Of a stretch of DNA of 55,448 nucleotides, positions 45,824-54,280 are shown in pieces (position 1 is the first letter of the stretch; each line of letters opens with the position of its first letter). The translations under genes were made by a program, and so were the position numbers. The notes under the pieces were generated by a model. The model searched no databases, was not told where the DNA came from, and saw only the letters and a list, made by a program, of their open reading frames with translations. The DNA comes from Candidatus Parvarchaeota archaeon (lineage in GTDB: Archaea; Nanobdellota; Nanobdellia; Parvarchaeales; Parvarchaeaceae). Location: NCBI GenBank assembly GCA_023378865.1, contig JAMCSP010000018.1, positions 1 to 55,448 on the forward strand, read 5' to 3'.

Positions 45824-47034
45824 ATGTCTTTTTCCGTATTTTCTTTTTTACTGTAAACCAGTTTATTCGATTCTATTCTACCTTTAATTTCAGTGTTTGA
45901 TCCTATGATTGAATTGTTTCCTACCAAAGTGCCTGGCATGACCGACGTGTTTATCCCTGTTTTGACATTGTAACCCATGATTACACCCAAACGCGTCAAT
46001 CCCGTATCATACCCCTCTTTGATTTCTATCCTTATGCTTTTTCTGTCAATTCTTCTGTTTCCGGTTATAAAATTAGCCCCTAACCTGCAGTTCTGTCCGA
46101 TTATGCTGTCTCCTACAAAGCCGCTGTGTATGTGCGTGTTGTCCATTACTATAGACCTTGCAATTTCCGTTCCGAAGCCTATCTCCGTATTTTCCCCTAT
46201 TATACTGTCTCTTATCAATGCGTTGTCACCTATGAATGAATTATCTCCTATATAGGTTTCGCCCTTTATTGACACATTATTGCCAATCTTAACGTTTTTT
46301 CCAATTACAACTGAAGTTTCAATAAATACGTTATTTTTCTTTGCAGGACTTTCACTTCTCTTTTTTTGCTTTATATTGGAATAAACGAATCTTTTAATTG
46401 ACAGCAAATCGCTTACATACTTCAGAGAAGGCAGGTTATCCGCTTCGAAGTAATTTAATCCATTTGTTTTTGCGATTTCATTAAGCAAATCTTCAAAAGT
46501 ATACTCTGGATTTTGTATTTTTTCCAGTCTGTTTATTATCTCTTTATTTAGTTTGTATATTCCGACAATGGAATAACCTGCGTAGTCAAATTTCTCCTTT
46601 TCCCTTATCTCTATGATCTTGTTTTTTTCTATCCTTGCTATTCCGTGCGTTTTTTCATCGCCATCTTCATATTTTTTTACTGCTACCGCCGGTGCCTTAA
46701 CTTTGCTTAGCTTCTGAATATAATCTTTTATGTTCACGTAATAAGGCATTATAACGAGGAAGTCATCCTTTATTTCAGGTTTCGCTTTTATTATCGCATC
46801 TGCCATTCCTTTTGGTTCTTCTTGTATAACTATCTTTATTCTCTTGTTTTTTGTGACTTCATCGCTTAACTTTGTTTTTGGGTTTACGATAATTATAACT
46901 TCATTGTCTTTTACTCCGTCTATTGTCTGCTCCAGCAGAGTTTTGTTACCCACCTTTAAAAGTGACTTGTGACAAATCTCGGAGAAAGGCCAAAATCTCG
47001 ATGATTCACCCGCGGCTAGTATTAATGTTTGCAT
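45820..47034 (-). CDS. bifunctional-type sugar-1-phosphate nucleotidylyltransferase with C-terminal left-handed beta-helix (GlmU/ST0452-like)
   Basis: 404 aa. N-terminal LILAAGESSRFWPF NTP-transferase motif. The C-terminal half is made of hexapeptide repeats (IGKNVKIGNNVSIKGETYIGDNSFIGDNALI...). Confidence 0.8.
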   Translation of the reverse strand: MQTLILAAGESSRFWPFSEICHKSLLKVGNKTLLEQTIDGVKDNEVIIIVNPKTKLSDEVTKNKRIKIVIQEEPKGMADAIIKAKPEIKDDFLVIMPYYVNIKDYIQKLSKVKAPAVAVKKYEDGDEKTHGIARIEKNKIIEIREKEKFDYAGYSIVGIYKLNKEIINRLEKIQNPEYTFEDLLNEIAKTNGLNYFEADNLPSLKYVSDLLSIKRFVYSNIKQKKRSESPAKKNNVFIETSVVIGKNVKIGNNVSIKGETYIGDNSFIGDNALIRDSIIGENTEIGFGTEIARSIVMDNTHIHSGFVGDSIIGQNCRLGANFITGNRRIDRKSIRIEIKEGYDTGLTRLGVIMGYNVKTGINTSVMPGTLVGNNSIIGSNTEIKGRIESNKLVYSKKENTEKDI

Positions 47035-47104
47035 ATAATCTTAAAGTCTTCTAAGAAAATATCTATTATAAAAAGCTTTAATTTTACAATGTTCTATTGA
47101 TAGC

Positions 47105-48031
47105 ATGGTAATAAAAGCACCAAAATTAAAGGCCAATTCAAACATAAAGATAATCGCGCCTGCAAGTCCGCCTGATTTAAAAGAACTGTCAACAAGCATA
47201 AATCTGCTTAAAAAATTCGGTTTTAGAGTGTCTCTTGGTGAGAATCTGCGAAGATTGGTTCAGAGGGCAGATTTAGCTGCTCCTGACAAAGACAGGGCTG
47301 CAGAGCTTAACAATGCATTCAAAGACGATTCTGTAGACGCTATATTCTGTGCAAGAGGGGGATACGGTTCCATGAGAATACTGTCAGACATAGATTATGA
47401 TTCCATAAAAGCCCATCCTAAAATCTTTGTAGGGTACAGTGACATAACTGCTTTGCACCTCGCAATACATAAATTAACAGGCCTGATTACTTTCCATGGC
47501 CCTATGCCGGGAGTAGATGCCGATGAGATGCGAAAGCCTTCCTTTCAAAATGTGCTTTCGGTCTTAAAGGGAGAATCAAAGGACATAGCCAATAACATAA
47601 ATAGAGTAGTTAAATACATCGTTCCGGGAAAGGTCGAAGGGATAAGCGAGGGGACAAATATATCTTTGTTTGCTTCGTTAATAGGAACGGATTACATGCC
47701 GGATACCAAGGGTAAAATAGCCTTCTTTGAGGATATAGCTACTACCTCTGGTGATGTTGACAGGTATCTTTTCAGGTTGAAACTGGCAAAGGCCCTGGAC
47801 AAGTTTAACGGCTTTATATTTGGGGATTTTACTGACATACCAAAGTCAGAAGAAGTTCTTCCTTCTATGGAGGAAATAATAGAGGATTATATGCTAGATT
47901 TGAAAAAGCCATCATTATACGGCCTGCCTTTTGGTCATGGCGATGACCAGATGCTTATACCTCTTAACTCAAAAATGAGGATTTCCAGCGATGAGCCTTA
48001 TATAGAATTATTAGAGGATGTAGTAAACTAA
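47105..48031 (+). CDS. LD-carboxypeptidase / MccF-like serine peptidase (family S66)
   Basis: 308 aa. ARGGYGSMRIL, nucleophile motif FVGYSDITALH, FFEDIATTSGDVDRYL, His motif LPFGHG. Confidence 0.78.
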   Translation: MVIKAPKLKANSNIKIIAPASPPDLKELSTSINLLKKFGFRVSLGENLRRLVQRADLAAPDKDRAAELNNAFKDDSVDAIFCARGGYGSMRILSDIDYDSIKAHPKIFVGYSDITALHLAIHKLTGLITFHGPMPGVDADEMRKPSFQNVLSVLKGESKDIANNINRVVKYIVPGKVEGISEGTNISLFASLIGTDYMPDTKGKIAFFEDIATTSGDVDRYLFRLKLAKALDKFNGFIFGDFTDIPKSEEVLPSMEEIIEDYMLDLKKPSLYGLPFGHGDDQMLIPLNSKMRISSDEPYIELLEDVVN

Positions 48032-48036
48032 TTAAT

Positions 48037-49452
48037 CTATTCACTGCAGCAACTTAAATCTTCTACATTATGATAAAACGACAGAGCTCCAAGTTTCATT
48101 ATCTCGCTTAATGTTGGAAATACATGTACTGTATCTATTATATCATCTATTGTAAGCTTGAACTTCACTGCCAATACTGCTTCGTGTATTAAATCAGCAG
48201 CATTTTCTCCCACTATCTCTACTCCCAGTATCTGTTTCGTATTGGCATTTATTACCATCTTTATCAGTCCCCGGGTATCCTTTATTATGCCAGCTTTTGC
48301 CAGGTCCTTAAACATTACAGGCTGGCAGGCGCATCTTATGCCTTTATTGTTTGCTTCTTTATCTGTTAGTCCTACTCTTGCTGCCTCTGGAAAAGTAAAA
48401 ACGGCAGACGGCACAGAATTTAAGTCTACCGATAGCTTTTCCCTGCCAAATGCATTTACAGTTGCTTTGTTGCCTTCTGCAGCTGCCAATGCCTCTAACA
48501 TCGGTTCTCCCGTAACATCGCCTGCAGCGTATATCCCATCTACAGAGGTTTTCATGTACTTATCTATTTTTATAAAACCGCTTTCATTCAGTTTTATTCC
48601 CGTTGCAGTTAAGTTTAATTTTTCTATGTTTGGCGTTCTTCCCGTAGCCAGCAATATCTTTTCGGCTTTTACTTCTTGTTTTCTTCCCTTTACCGAAAAG
48701 TAAACATCAACCATTTCTTTAGACCCTAAAACCCGATCTATTTTAGCGTTTGTTATTATGTTTACTCCTTCATCTCTGAGGTACTGCTCAAGGTAATAGC
48801 TAACTTCAGGCTCCCAATTGGGCAATATCTTGTCACTTCTCTGCAGTAAGGTGACTTTTACGCCGAAATGGGAAAACATCTCTGCAAATTCAAGGCCAAG
48901 GGCCCTCCCTCCTATGATAACCATCGATTTAGGCAGTTTTTTCATTGAGAGTGCCTCTTCATTTGTAAGATACTTTATTTTTTCTATTCCGTTTATTTCA
49001 GGTATCCTGGCTCTCGCACCCGTTGCTATCAGTATCCTCTTTGCCTTTATCTCCTTTCCGTTGACCTCCAAAGTATTTTTATCAATAAAGCTTGCAAATT
49101 CATTTATGTACTTTACATTTTTGAGTTTTCCAAGTACCTTCTGGTACTTTGAGAAACGCATACTTCCAACGAGAAATTCTTTGTCCTCCATTATTTTGCC
49201 GAAGTTTTCTACCCTTGTGGAATAATATAAACCATCAAATCTATCCTTGTTTATTTTATCCAAAAAGTTTCCTGCTGTTATCAGTCTTTTACTAGGAACG
49301 CATCCAACATTTACACAGGTTCCTCCAAGCAGTGTTCCATTGGTTTCATTTTTTCCTATCATGACTGTTTTAATTCCAAATTCATCCGCTTTCAATGCAG
49401 CAGCAAATGCAGCAGCACCCTGCCCAATTATTGCATATTCATACTCTTCCAT
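48037..49452 (-). CDS. merA: mercuric reductase-like pyridine-nucleotide disulfide oxidoreductase (core only, no NmerA domain)
   Basis: 471 aa. IIGQGAAAFAAA FAD fold, redox disulfide GGTCVNVGCVPSK, C-terminal vicinal Cys tail ..EDLSCCSE. Confidence 0.75.
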   Translation of the reverse strand: MEEYEYAIIGQGAAAFAAALKADEFGIKTVMIGKNETNGTLLGGTCVNVGCVPSKRLITAGNFLDKINKDRFDGLYYSTRVENFGKIMEDKEFLVGSMRFSKYQKVLGKLKNVKYINEFASFIDKNTLEVNGKEIKAKRILIATGARARIPEINGIEKIKYLTNEEALSMKKLPKSMVIIGGRALGLEFAEMFSHFGVKVTLLQRSDKILPNWEPEVSYYLEQYLRDEGVNIITNAKIDRVLGSKEMVDVYFSVKGRKQEVKAEKILLATGRTPNIEKLNLTATGIKLNESGFIKIDKYMKTSVDGIYAAGDVTGEPMLEALAAAEGNKATVNAFGREKLSVDLNSVPSAVFTFPEAARVGLTDKEANNKGIRCACQPVMFKDLAKAGIIKDTRGLIKMVINANTKQILGVEIVGENAADLIHEAVLAVKFKLTIDDIIDTVHVFPTLSEIMKLGALSFYHNVEDLSCCSE

Positions 49453-49762
49453 TTTTTTCCTCCCTCAGTATACCGCACTTCTTCAGGTAAACTTCATAAT
49501 TTTTAACGTGGTTAGCCACTTCATCAACTAATTCTTTGGTTTCATTGTTAATCCTGTAAATCCTTTTCCTTCCCTCTTTTCTTACAGTTATGAATTTGCA
49601 GTTAAGCAAACATTTTAAATCATGTGATAAGTTAGTCTGCTCTACTTTTAGTTTTTGCTGAAGTTCTCCTGCACACAATTCTTTATCTCTCAGCTGCATT
49701 AGTATGTTAAATCTATTCCTGTTTGCAAATGCATCAAAAAAAAGATCCGTTGCGTTTTTCAT
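49439..49762 (-). CDS. ArsR/SmtB-family metalloregulator
   Basis: 107 aa. FANRNRFNILMQLRDKELCAGELQQKLKVEQTNLSHDLKCLLNCKFI (wHTH with Cys at the ArsR alpha-3 position, plus CxxxC). Confidence 0.8.
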   Translation of the reverse strand: MKNATDLFFDAFANRNRFNILMQLRDKELCAGELQQKLKVEQTNLSHDLKCLLNCKFITVRKEGRKRIYRINNETKELVDEVANHVKNYEVYLKKCGILREEKNGRV

Positions 49763-50310
49763 AAACCATTCTTCGATATTGCATTTTCAAGGTTTCCTAT
49801 TCCGGTTGCAATTCCTTCTCCAACATATAATATTTTTCCGCTGGGGCTTATCAGGTAGTAAATATCAAGCTGAAATGTCGGTGGAGTGTTATAAGCTATA
49901 GTCATGTTATAGCTTGCAACTCCCCCAGTTACATAGGTGTTATTGTTACCATATTCGGAAATGAACTGGGAGATCGGCATTCCTGGACTTCCAAGGTCAT
50001 TGTACTGCTCTAATTCCAATATCTTTACATTGTGCTCCTTGAAAAATGCAAGGTTGTCAGCCACTGCAGTATTCCCCTGCGCACAGCTGCCGCACCATGT
50101 TGCTACAAACCACAGAATAAGCGGCTCTCCTTTATAGTTGTTTAAGCTTTCAGTGCTTCCGTTTGCAAGCTGAAAAGTGTAATTTGGCGCAGTTTCGCCT
50201 ACAGACAGTTTAGTGGATTTTGCGTGGTTTAAAACGAAGAAATTTAGTATAAGAACTACTGCTATTACTAACACAACTGCATATAAAATATACTTCATCT
50301 TGATTTTCAT
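49759..50310 (-). CDS. membrane-anchored extracytoplasmic TlpA/ResA-like thiol:disulfide oxidoreductase (redoxin fold)
   Basis: 183 aa. N-terminal TM anchor. GETAPNYTFQLANGSTESLNNYKGEPLILWFVATWCGSCAQ. Confidence 0.75.
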   Translation of the reverse strand: MKIKMKYILYAVVLVIAVVLILNFFVLNHAKSTKLSVGETAPNYTFQLANGSTESLNNYKGEPLILWFVATWCGSCAQGNTAVADNLAFFKEHNVKILELEQYNDLGSPGMPISQFISEYGNNNTYVTGGVASYNMTIAYNTPPTFQLDIYYLISPSGKILYVGEGIATGIGNLENAISKNGL

Positions 50311-50852
50311 TCTTTAACCTCGCAGCAATCGTCTTTAGCGGCAGGGGTTATCCTGCAGCTTGCATTTATGTTCTTTGTTATCTGGACCAGGCCTATGTAT
50401 GCTATTATTACACCTGCTGCAATGAATCCCGGCCCGTAAACAGAAAATATAGACTGCAGCTTTCCAGTGTTTCCGACTATAAAAGACGTTGAAAACCCGA
50501 GTACGGCAAGCAATGAAGGTATAATACTTGTGCAGCATAAGCTGCTTGGCAATATTGCCCCGATTATTGAGCTTAAAGTCAGTTTTTTGCTCGTCTTTGC
50601 CTTTAGTTTATAGGAATAAACATTCATGGTTATAACTAAGCTAATCAGAAAAGACACTGCAAAAGCTGAAAGCAAATCAAAGTAAATATAATATGAACCG
50701 AAGTCTATTATCCCCGTAGCAGAACTTTCTAACAGGTAAAAATATAGAATAAATACTGCAGTAAATAAAATAGAAAATAGCAATGCATACCTTTTTAGGG
50801 TTATAACCCTCTTTATATCCTGAAGCATGTGAATATATGAAATATTTATCAT
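50307..50852 (-). CDS. four-TM membrane protein with intramembrane and C-terminal vicinal Cys pairs (MerT/MerF-like candidate transporter)
   Basis: 181 aa. TM3 LPSSLCCTSIIPSLLAVLGF. Cytoplasmic tail ASCRITPAAKDDCCEVKE. Positive-inside distribution places both termini in the cytoplasm. Confidence 0.45.
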   Translation of the reverse strand: MINISYIHMLQDIKRVITLKRYALLFSILFTAVFILYFYLLESSATGIIDFGSYYIYFDLLSAFAVSFLISLVITMNVYSYKLKAKTSKKLTLSSIIGAILPSSLCCTSIIPSLLAVLGFSTSFIVGNTGKLQSIFSVYGPGFIAAGVIIAYIGLVQITKNINASCRITPAAKDDCCEVKE

Positions 50853-50873
50853 ATATAAACTTTTTCATATTTC

Positions 50874-50887
50874 ATATTTTAAAATAT
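50874..50887. promoter_or_regulatory. 14-bp perfect palindrome in the divergent promoter of the Cys-relay operon (candidate ArsR operator)
   Basis: ATATTTTAAAATAT, preceded by tandem TTCATAT TTCATAT. AT-rich palindromes also arise by chance in this DNA. Confidence 0.25.
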
Positions 50888-50913
50888 TTAACCTAATAAA
50901 ATAAAGTAAGTTA

Positions 50914-51504
50914 ATGGATAACCAAAATAAAAGAAGAGCTAGCACTTATATTGTTTTAGCTGTTATATTTTTATTCATACTTCTTTTAGTTTACTATGCA
51001 TTAACTGCAGGCAACATAAAACAATTGTCCGTAGGAGTTACAAGCTGGTATTTGGCAAGCGCTTCAAAATCATTTTATCCAATAAACATAGAAAGCATAA
51101 CAAGCGTTTTCAACAGTTCAAACAATCAGCTTTACCTTTTAGTAAAGCTAAAAAACAGCGGCAGTTCGGCTATCGAATACCTTTCAGGATGCATATCCCC
51201 TTTTTCGGGAGTTGTTTATCCTAGCAGTATAGCAAACTTAACTTATGAGAAGGGAGTAGCCTCATGTAATGCTATAGTTTTAGATCAGCTTTTGCCAAAT
51301 CAAACCGCTACGCTTCAATGGCCTTTATCCCCGCAGATGATAGAGGTATTAAAGGCTGGAAACTTTGATGTAAACCTTACTTTTCCATTTAGTTCCTATA
51401 GCAATATAACAAAAACCTGCCCTAGGCTGAATACTACCTGTCCCGCTCTAAATGACTTTACAGGAAACGCAACAATCCATGTATCTATTTCTGCAGTTAA
51501 TTAA
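50914..51504 (+). CDS. N-terminally anchored or secreted small sequon-rich protein, unknown function
   Basis: 196 aa. MDNQNKRRASTYIVLAVIFLFILLLVYYAL anchor, four Cys, several N-x-S/T sequons. Confidence 0.5.
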   Translation: MDNQNKRRASTYIVLAVIFLFILLLVYYALTAGNIKQLSVGVTSWYLASASKSFYPINIESITSVFNSSNNQLYLLVKLKNSGSSAIEYLSGCISPFSGVVYPSSIANLTYEKGVASCNAIVLDQLLPNQTATLQWPLSPQMIEVLKAGNFDVNLTFPFSSYSNITKTCPRLNTTCPALNDFTGNATIHVSISAVN

Positions 51505-51659
51505 ACTTCAAAGCATCGGCTGGAAAGCTATATAAACCTTGAAAAGTCTAATAATAATATAGTAAGTCATACAAAGTGACTTTGGTCTATTAGACCTTAA
51601 ATCACGATTAACAATTTGGCCTAAGTGGGCCTTTTTGAATGAATAGGAGGTGTTGAATT

Positions 51660-52841
51660 ATGGCAAAGATAGGACCTACTTCTTTCAAGTATATCCTTCA
51701 TGCAAAGTTTACTGCCGATAGTCTGATTGATAAACCAGACGTTATAGGAGCAGTATTTGGACAGACAGAGGGTCTGTTGGGTGAAGAACTTGACTTAAGA
51801 GAAGCGCAGAAAAACGGAAAAATAGGAAGAATAAACGTAGAAAGTTCATCCGCAGGTGGAAAAACCAACGGTGAAATAACCATACCTACTTCTTTGGGGA
51901 TGGCAGAGACAGCATTGATAGGAGCAGCAATAGAAACAATTGATAGAATAGGGCCTTCAAAGGCCACTGTTTCGGTTGACAAGATAGAAGACGTAAGAAT
52001 TTCAAAGAGGGAGTATATAATGAACAGGGCTCAGAAGCTGCTTGAAGAGGCTATGAAAACATCAGAGGTGGATACTACAGAATTGCTGCAGAAACTTTAT
52101 GAGGAAGTAAGGCAGAAGGAATTCGTAGAATACGGCTCTGAAAAATTGCCTGCTGGTCCGGATTTGGAGGATTCTGAAGAAATAATTGTAGTTGAAGGGA
52201 GAGCAGATGTGATGAATATGCTCAAGCATGGCTTCTCAAATGTAATCGGAATGAACGGTACTAACATACCTAAAACGGTTATTGAACTAAGCAGAAAGAA
52301 AATAGTTACCCTTTTCGTTGATGGAGACAGGGGCGGTGACATGATAATAAACTCTTTTATCCAGCAGGGACATGTAGACTTTATAGCAAAAGCGCCTTCG
52401 GGAACAGAAGTAGAGGAACTGTCAAAGAAGGAAATAAACCAGGCCTTGCGTGCAAAGGTTCCAATAGAGGAATATGATCCATCTTTGAAAAGAGAATCGG
52501 CAGCTCCTAGGAAACAGGCTCAGTCAGCTCCTGTAGAAGTTCCGCAGGAAATAAAAGAGAAGGTTACTCCCCTGGTAAATGATATAATCGGCACAAGAGG
52601 GGCATTCCTTGTAAATGACAAGTTTGAGATACTTGGAAGGATACCTTATAAGGGAGTTGAAGATGCCATACTAAATTTAGAGAATATATACATGCTTGTT
52701 CTTGATGGTCTGGTAACTGATGAAATAGCAAAGGCAGCCGAAGAAAGCGAGATAACCTATGTCATAGGAAGCAGGGTTCTGGCAAGCAGTTCATCTGTAA
52801 AACTACTTTCGTATGATGACATTGGCTACAAATATAGATAA
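51660..52841 (+). CDS. dnaG: archaeal DnaG (Toprim-domain primase/exosome-associated protein)
   Basis: 393 aa. Toprim motifs IIVVEGRADVMNMLKHG and LFVDGDRGGDMI. AGGAGGTG Shine-Dalgarno sequence 8 nt upstream. Confidence 0.88.
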   Translation: MAKIGPTSFKYILHAKFTADSLIDKPDVIGAVFGQTEGLLGEELDLREAQKNGKIGRINVESSSAGGKTNGEITIPTSLGMAETALIGAAIETIDRIGPSKATVSVDKIEDVRISKREYIMNRAQKLLEEAMKTSEVDTTELLQKLYEEVRQKEFVEYGSEKLPAGPDLEDSEEIIVVEGRADVMNMLKHGFSNVIGMNGTNIPKTVIELSRKKIVTLFVDGDRGGDMIINSFIQQGHVDFIAKAPSGTEVEELSKKEINQALRAKVPIEEYDPSLKRESAAPRKQAQSAPVEVPQEIKEKVTPLVNDIIGTRGAFLVNDKFEILGRIPYKGVEDAILNLENIYMLVLDGLVTDEIAKAAEESEITYVIGSRVLASSSSVKLLSYDDIGYKYR

Positions 52842-52904
52842 AGGCAGAAAAGTTTTGGTTAACTGTAAAGACTCTCTATCAAATGAATTACTGGAGGATA
52901 AGGT

Positions 52905-54164
52905 TTACTTTAAACCAATAACCTTCTTTGCTTTATTATAAAAATATTCTCTGCTTTCTTTCATCTCTGATAATCCTCTCCTGATTGAATCTTCTGCTAC
53001 TCCTGCAGCTATCCTCGGGTATATCTCTCTTTCCTCCATATTTGGAACGATGTATTCTTTCTTCAATCCTTTTTCCTGTGCGAATTTTGCAAGCTCTTCG
53101 GCAGCGGTTATCGCCGTAAAGTCATCTATCTTTTTGGCTTTTGAATCAAGTACTCCCCTGAAAAGGCCGGGAAATATGAGGCTGTTATTTATCTGATTAG
53201 GGTAATCCGACCTACCGGTTGAAACAATATACGCTCCTGCCTTGTAAGCTTCTTCCGGAGAAATTTCAGGGTTTGGATTGGCATTTGCAAACACTATCGG
53301 CTTTGTATTCATTTTTCTTATCCATTCCGGCTTTATGCTGCCCTCTCTGCTGAACCCTACAACGATATCTGCGCCTTCAAATGAACTGTCAGCATCAGTA
53401 ATAGAATCTTTATTGGATTTTTTCATGGCTTCATATTTCCACCTGTTTGTTGTTTTTATTATTTCAACGTCATCTCTGCCGTTGTAAAGCGGGCCCTTGC
53501 TGTCCCCCATTATTATATTCCCCGTATCTACGCCGTATTTTTCGAGTATACGAAACAATGCAATATTTGCAGCTCCCGCGCCTATTAAAACTATTCTGCT
53601 TTTCTTCAGGTCCTTGTCTACCAGTTTCGTAGCATTTATCAGCCCTGCCAACGTAGCGGCGGCTGTTCCCTGCTGATCATCATGCCATACAGGAACCTTT
53701 AATTCTTCCTGCAGCCTTTCCAATACTTCAAAGCAGAACGGCGATTCTATGTCTTCTAAATGTATGCCACCGCTGGTTACTGAAATGTTTTTTACAACGT
53801 TTACAAATTCATCCACTTCCTTTGTTTCTATTGGTATAGGTACGGCATTTACGCCTCCAAATTCCTTGTATATCAATGATTTGCCCTCCATAACAGGCAA
53901 AGAAGCAACCGGGCCTATATCTCCCAGGCCAAGGACTCTTGTTCCATTTGTTATTATAAAAATTGTATTCCATCTCCAAGTCAAATCCCAGGACAAACGG
54001 CTGTCATTGCTTATTGCCGTGGAAACAGCTGCTACTCCAGGGGTGTAGACTATTGACAGATCCTTCAATGATCTTATTTTTAAAGTAGGCTTCAGCTCTA
54101 TTTTACCGCCGTACTTTTTTGAGTAATCTATAGCCAGCTTAGAGTAGTCTAATTTCTTGTCCAT
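52905..54164 (-). CDS. NAD(P)-dependent malic enzyme (short prokaryotic type)
   Basis: 419 aa. SIVYTPGVA, LGLGDIGP, HDDQQGTAA, dinucleotide fold LIGAGAANIA. Confidence 0.9.
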   Translation of the reverse strand: MDKKLDYSKLAIDYSKKYGGKIELKPTLKIRSLKDLSIVYTPGVAAVSTAISNDSRLSWDLTWRWNTIFIITNGTRVLGLGDIGPVASLPVMEGKSLIYKEFGGVNAVPIPIETKEVDEFVNVVKNISVTSGGIHLEDIESPFCFEVLERLQEELKVPVWHDDQQGTAAATLAGLINATKLVDKDLKKSRIVLIGAGAANIALFRILEKYGVDTGNIIMGDSKGPLYNGRDDVEIIKTTNRWKYEAMKKSNKDSITDADSSFEGADIVVGFSREGSIKPEWIRKMNTKPIVFANANPNPEISPEEAYKAGAYIVSTGRSDYPNQINNSLIFPGLFRGVLDSKAKKIDDFTAITAAEELAKFAQEKGLKKEYIVPNMEEREIYPRIAAGVAEDSIRRGLSEMKESREYFYNKAKKVIGLK

Positions 54165-54280
54165 CTATTATTATCGTACATGCTATATTTAAATATTTTC
54201 TTTTATTCTTGATTTTATCGGTTTTTCTGCAATTCATGGAAAAAAGCAATATTTATATGCTAAAAATAGTAAACAGAGAT

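Noticed and set aside
48158-48703. 181-aa plus-strand ORF; similar antisense ORFs at 22261-22737, 25096-25509, 30073-30537, 44144-44650, 45102-45524 and 8752-9117
   Set aside because: All are embedded antisense in genes with clear conserved motifs (merA, PfkB kinase, tpiA, primase, icd, yvcK-like, sdhA). They have skewed, motif-free composition. I treat them as shadow ORFs.
50914-51504. N-terminus MDNQNKRRASTYIVLAV... as a class III (type IV pilin) signal peptide that could supply the missing pilin
   Set aside because: Ser at the +1 position does not fit the usual [KR][GA][hydrophobic or Q/E/D] archaeal prepilin cleavage pattern. The gene is also 32 kb from the ATPase/platform operon. It is more likely a simple signal-anchor.
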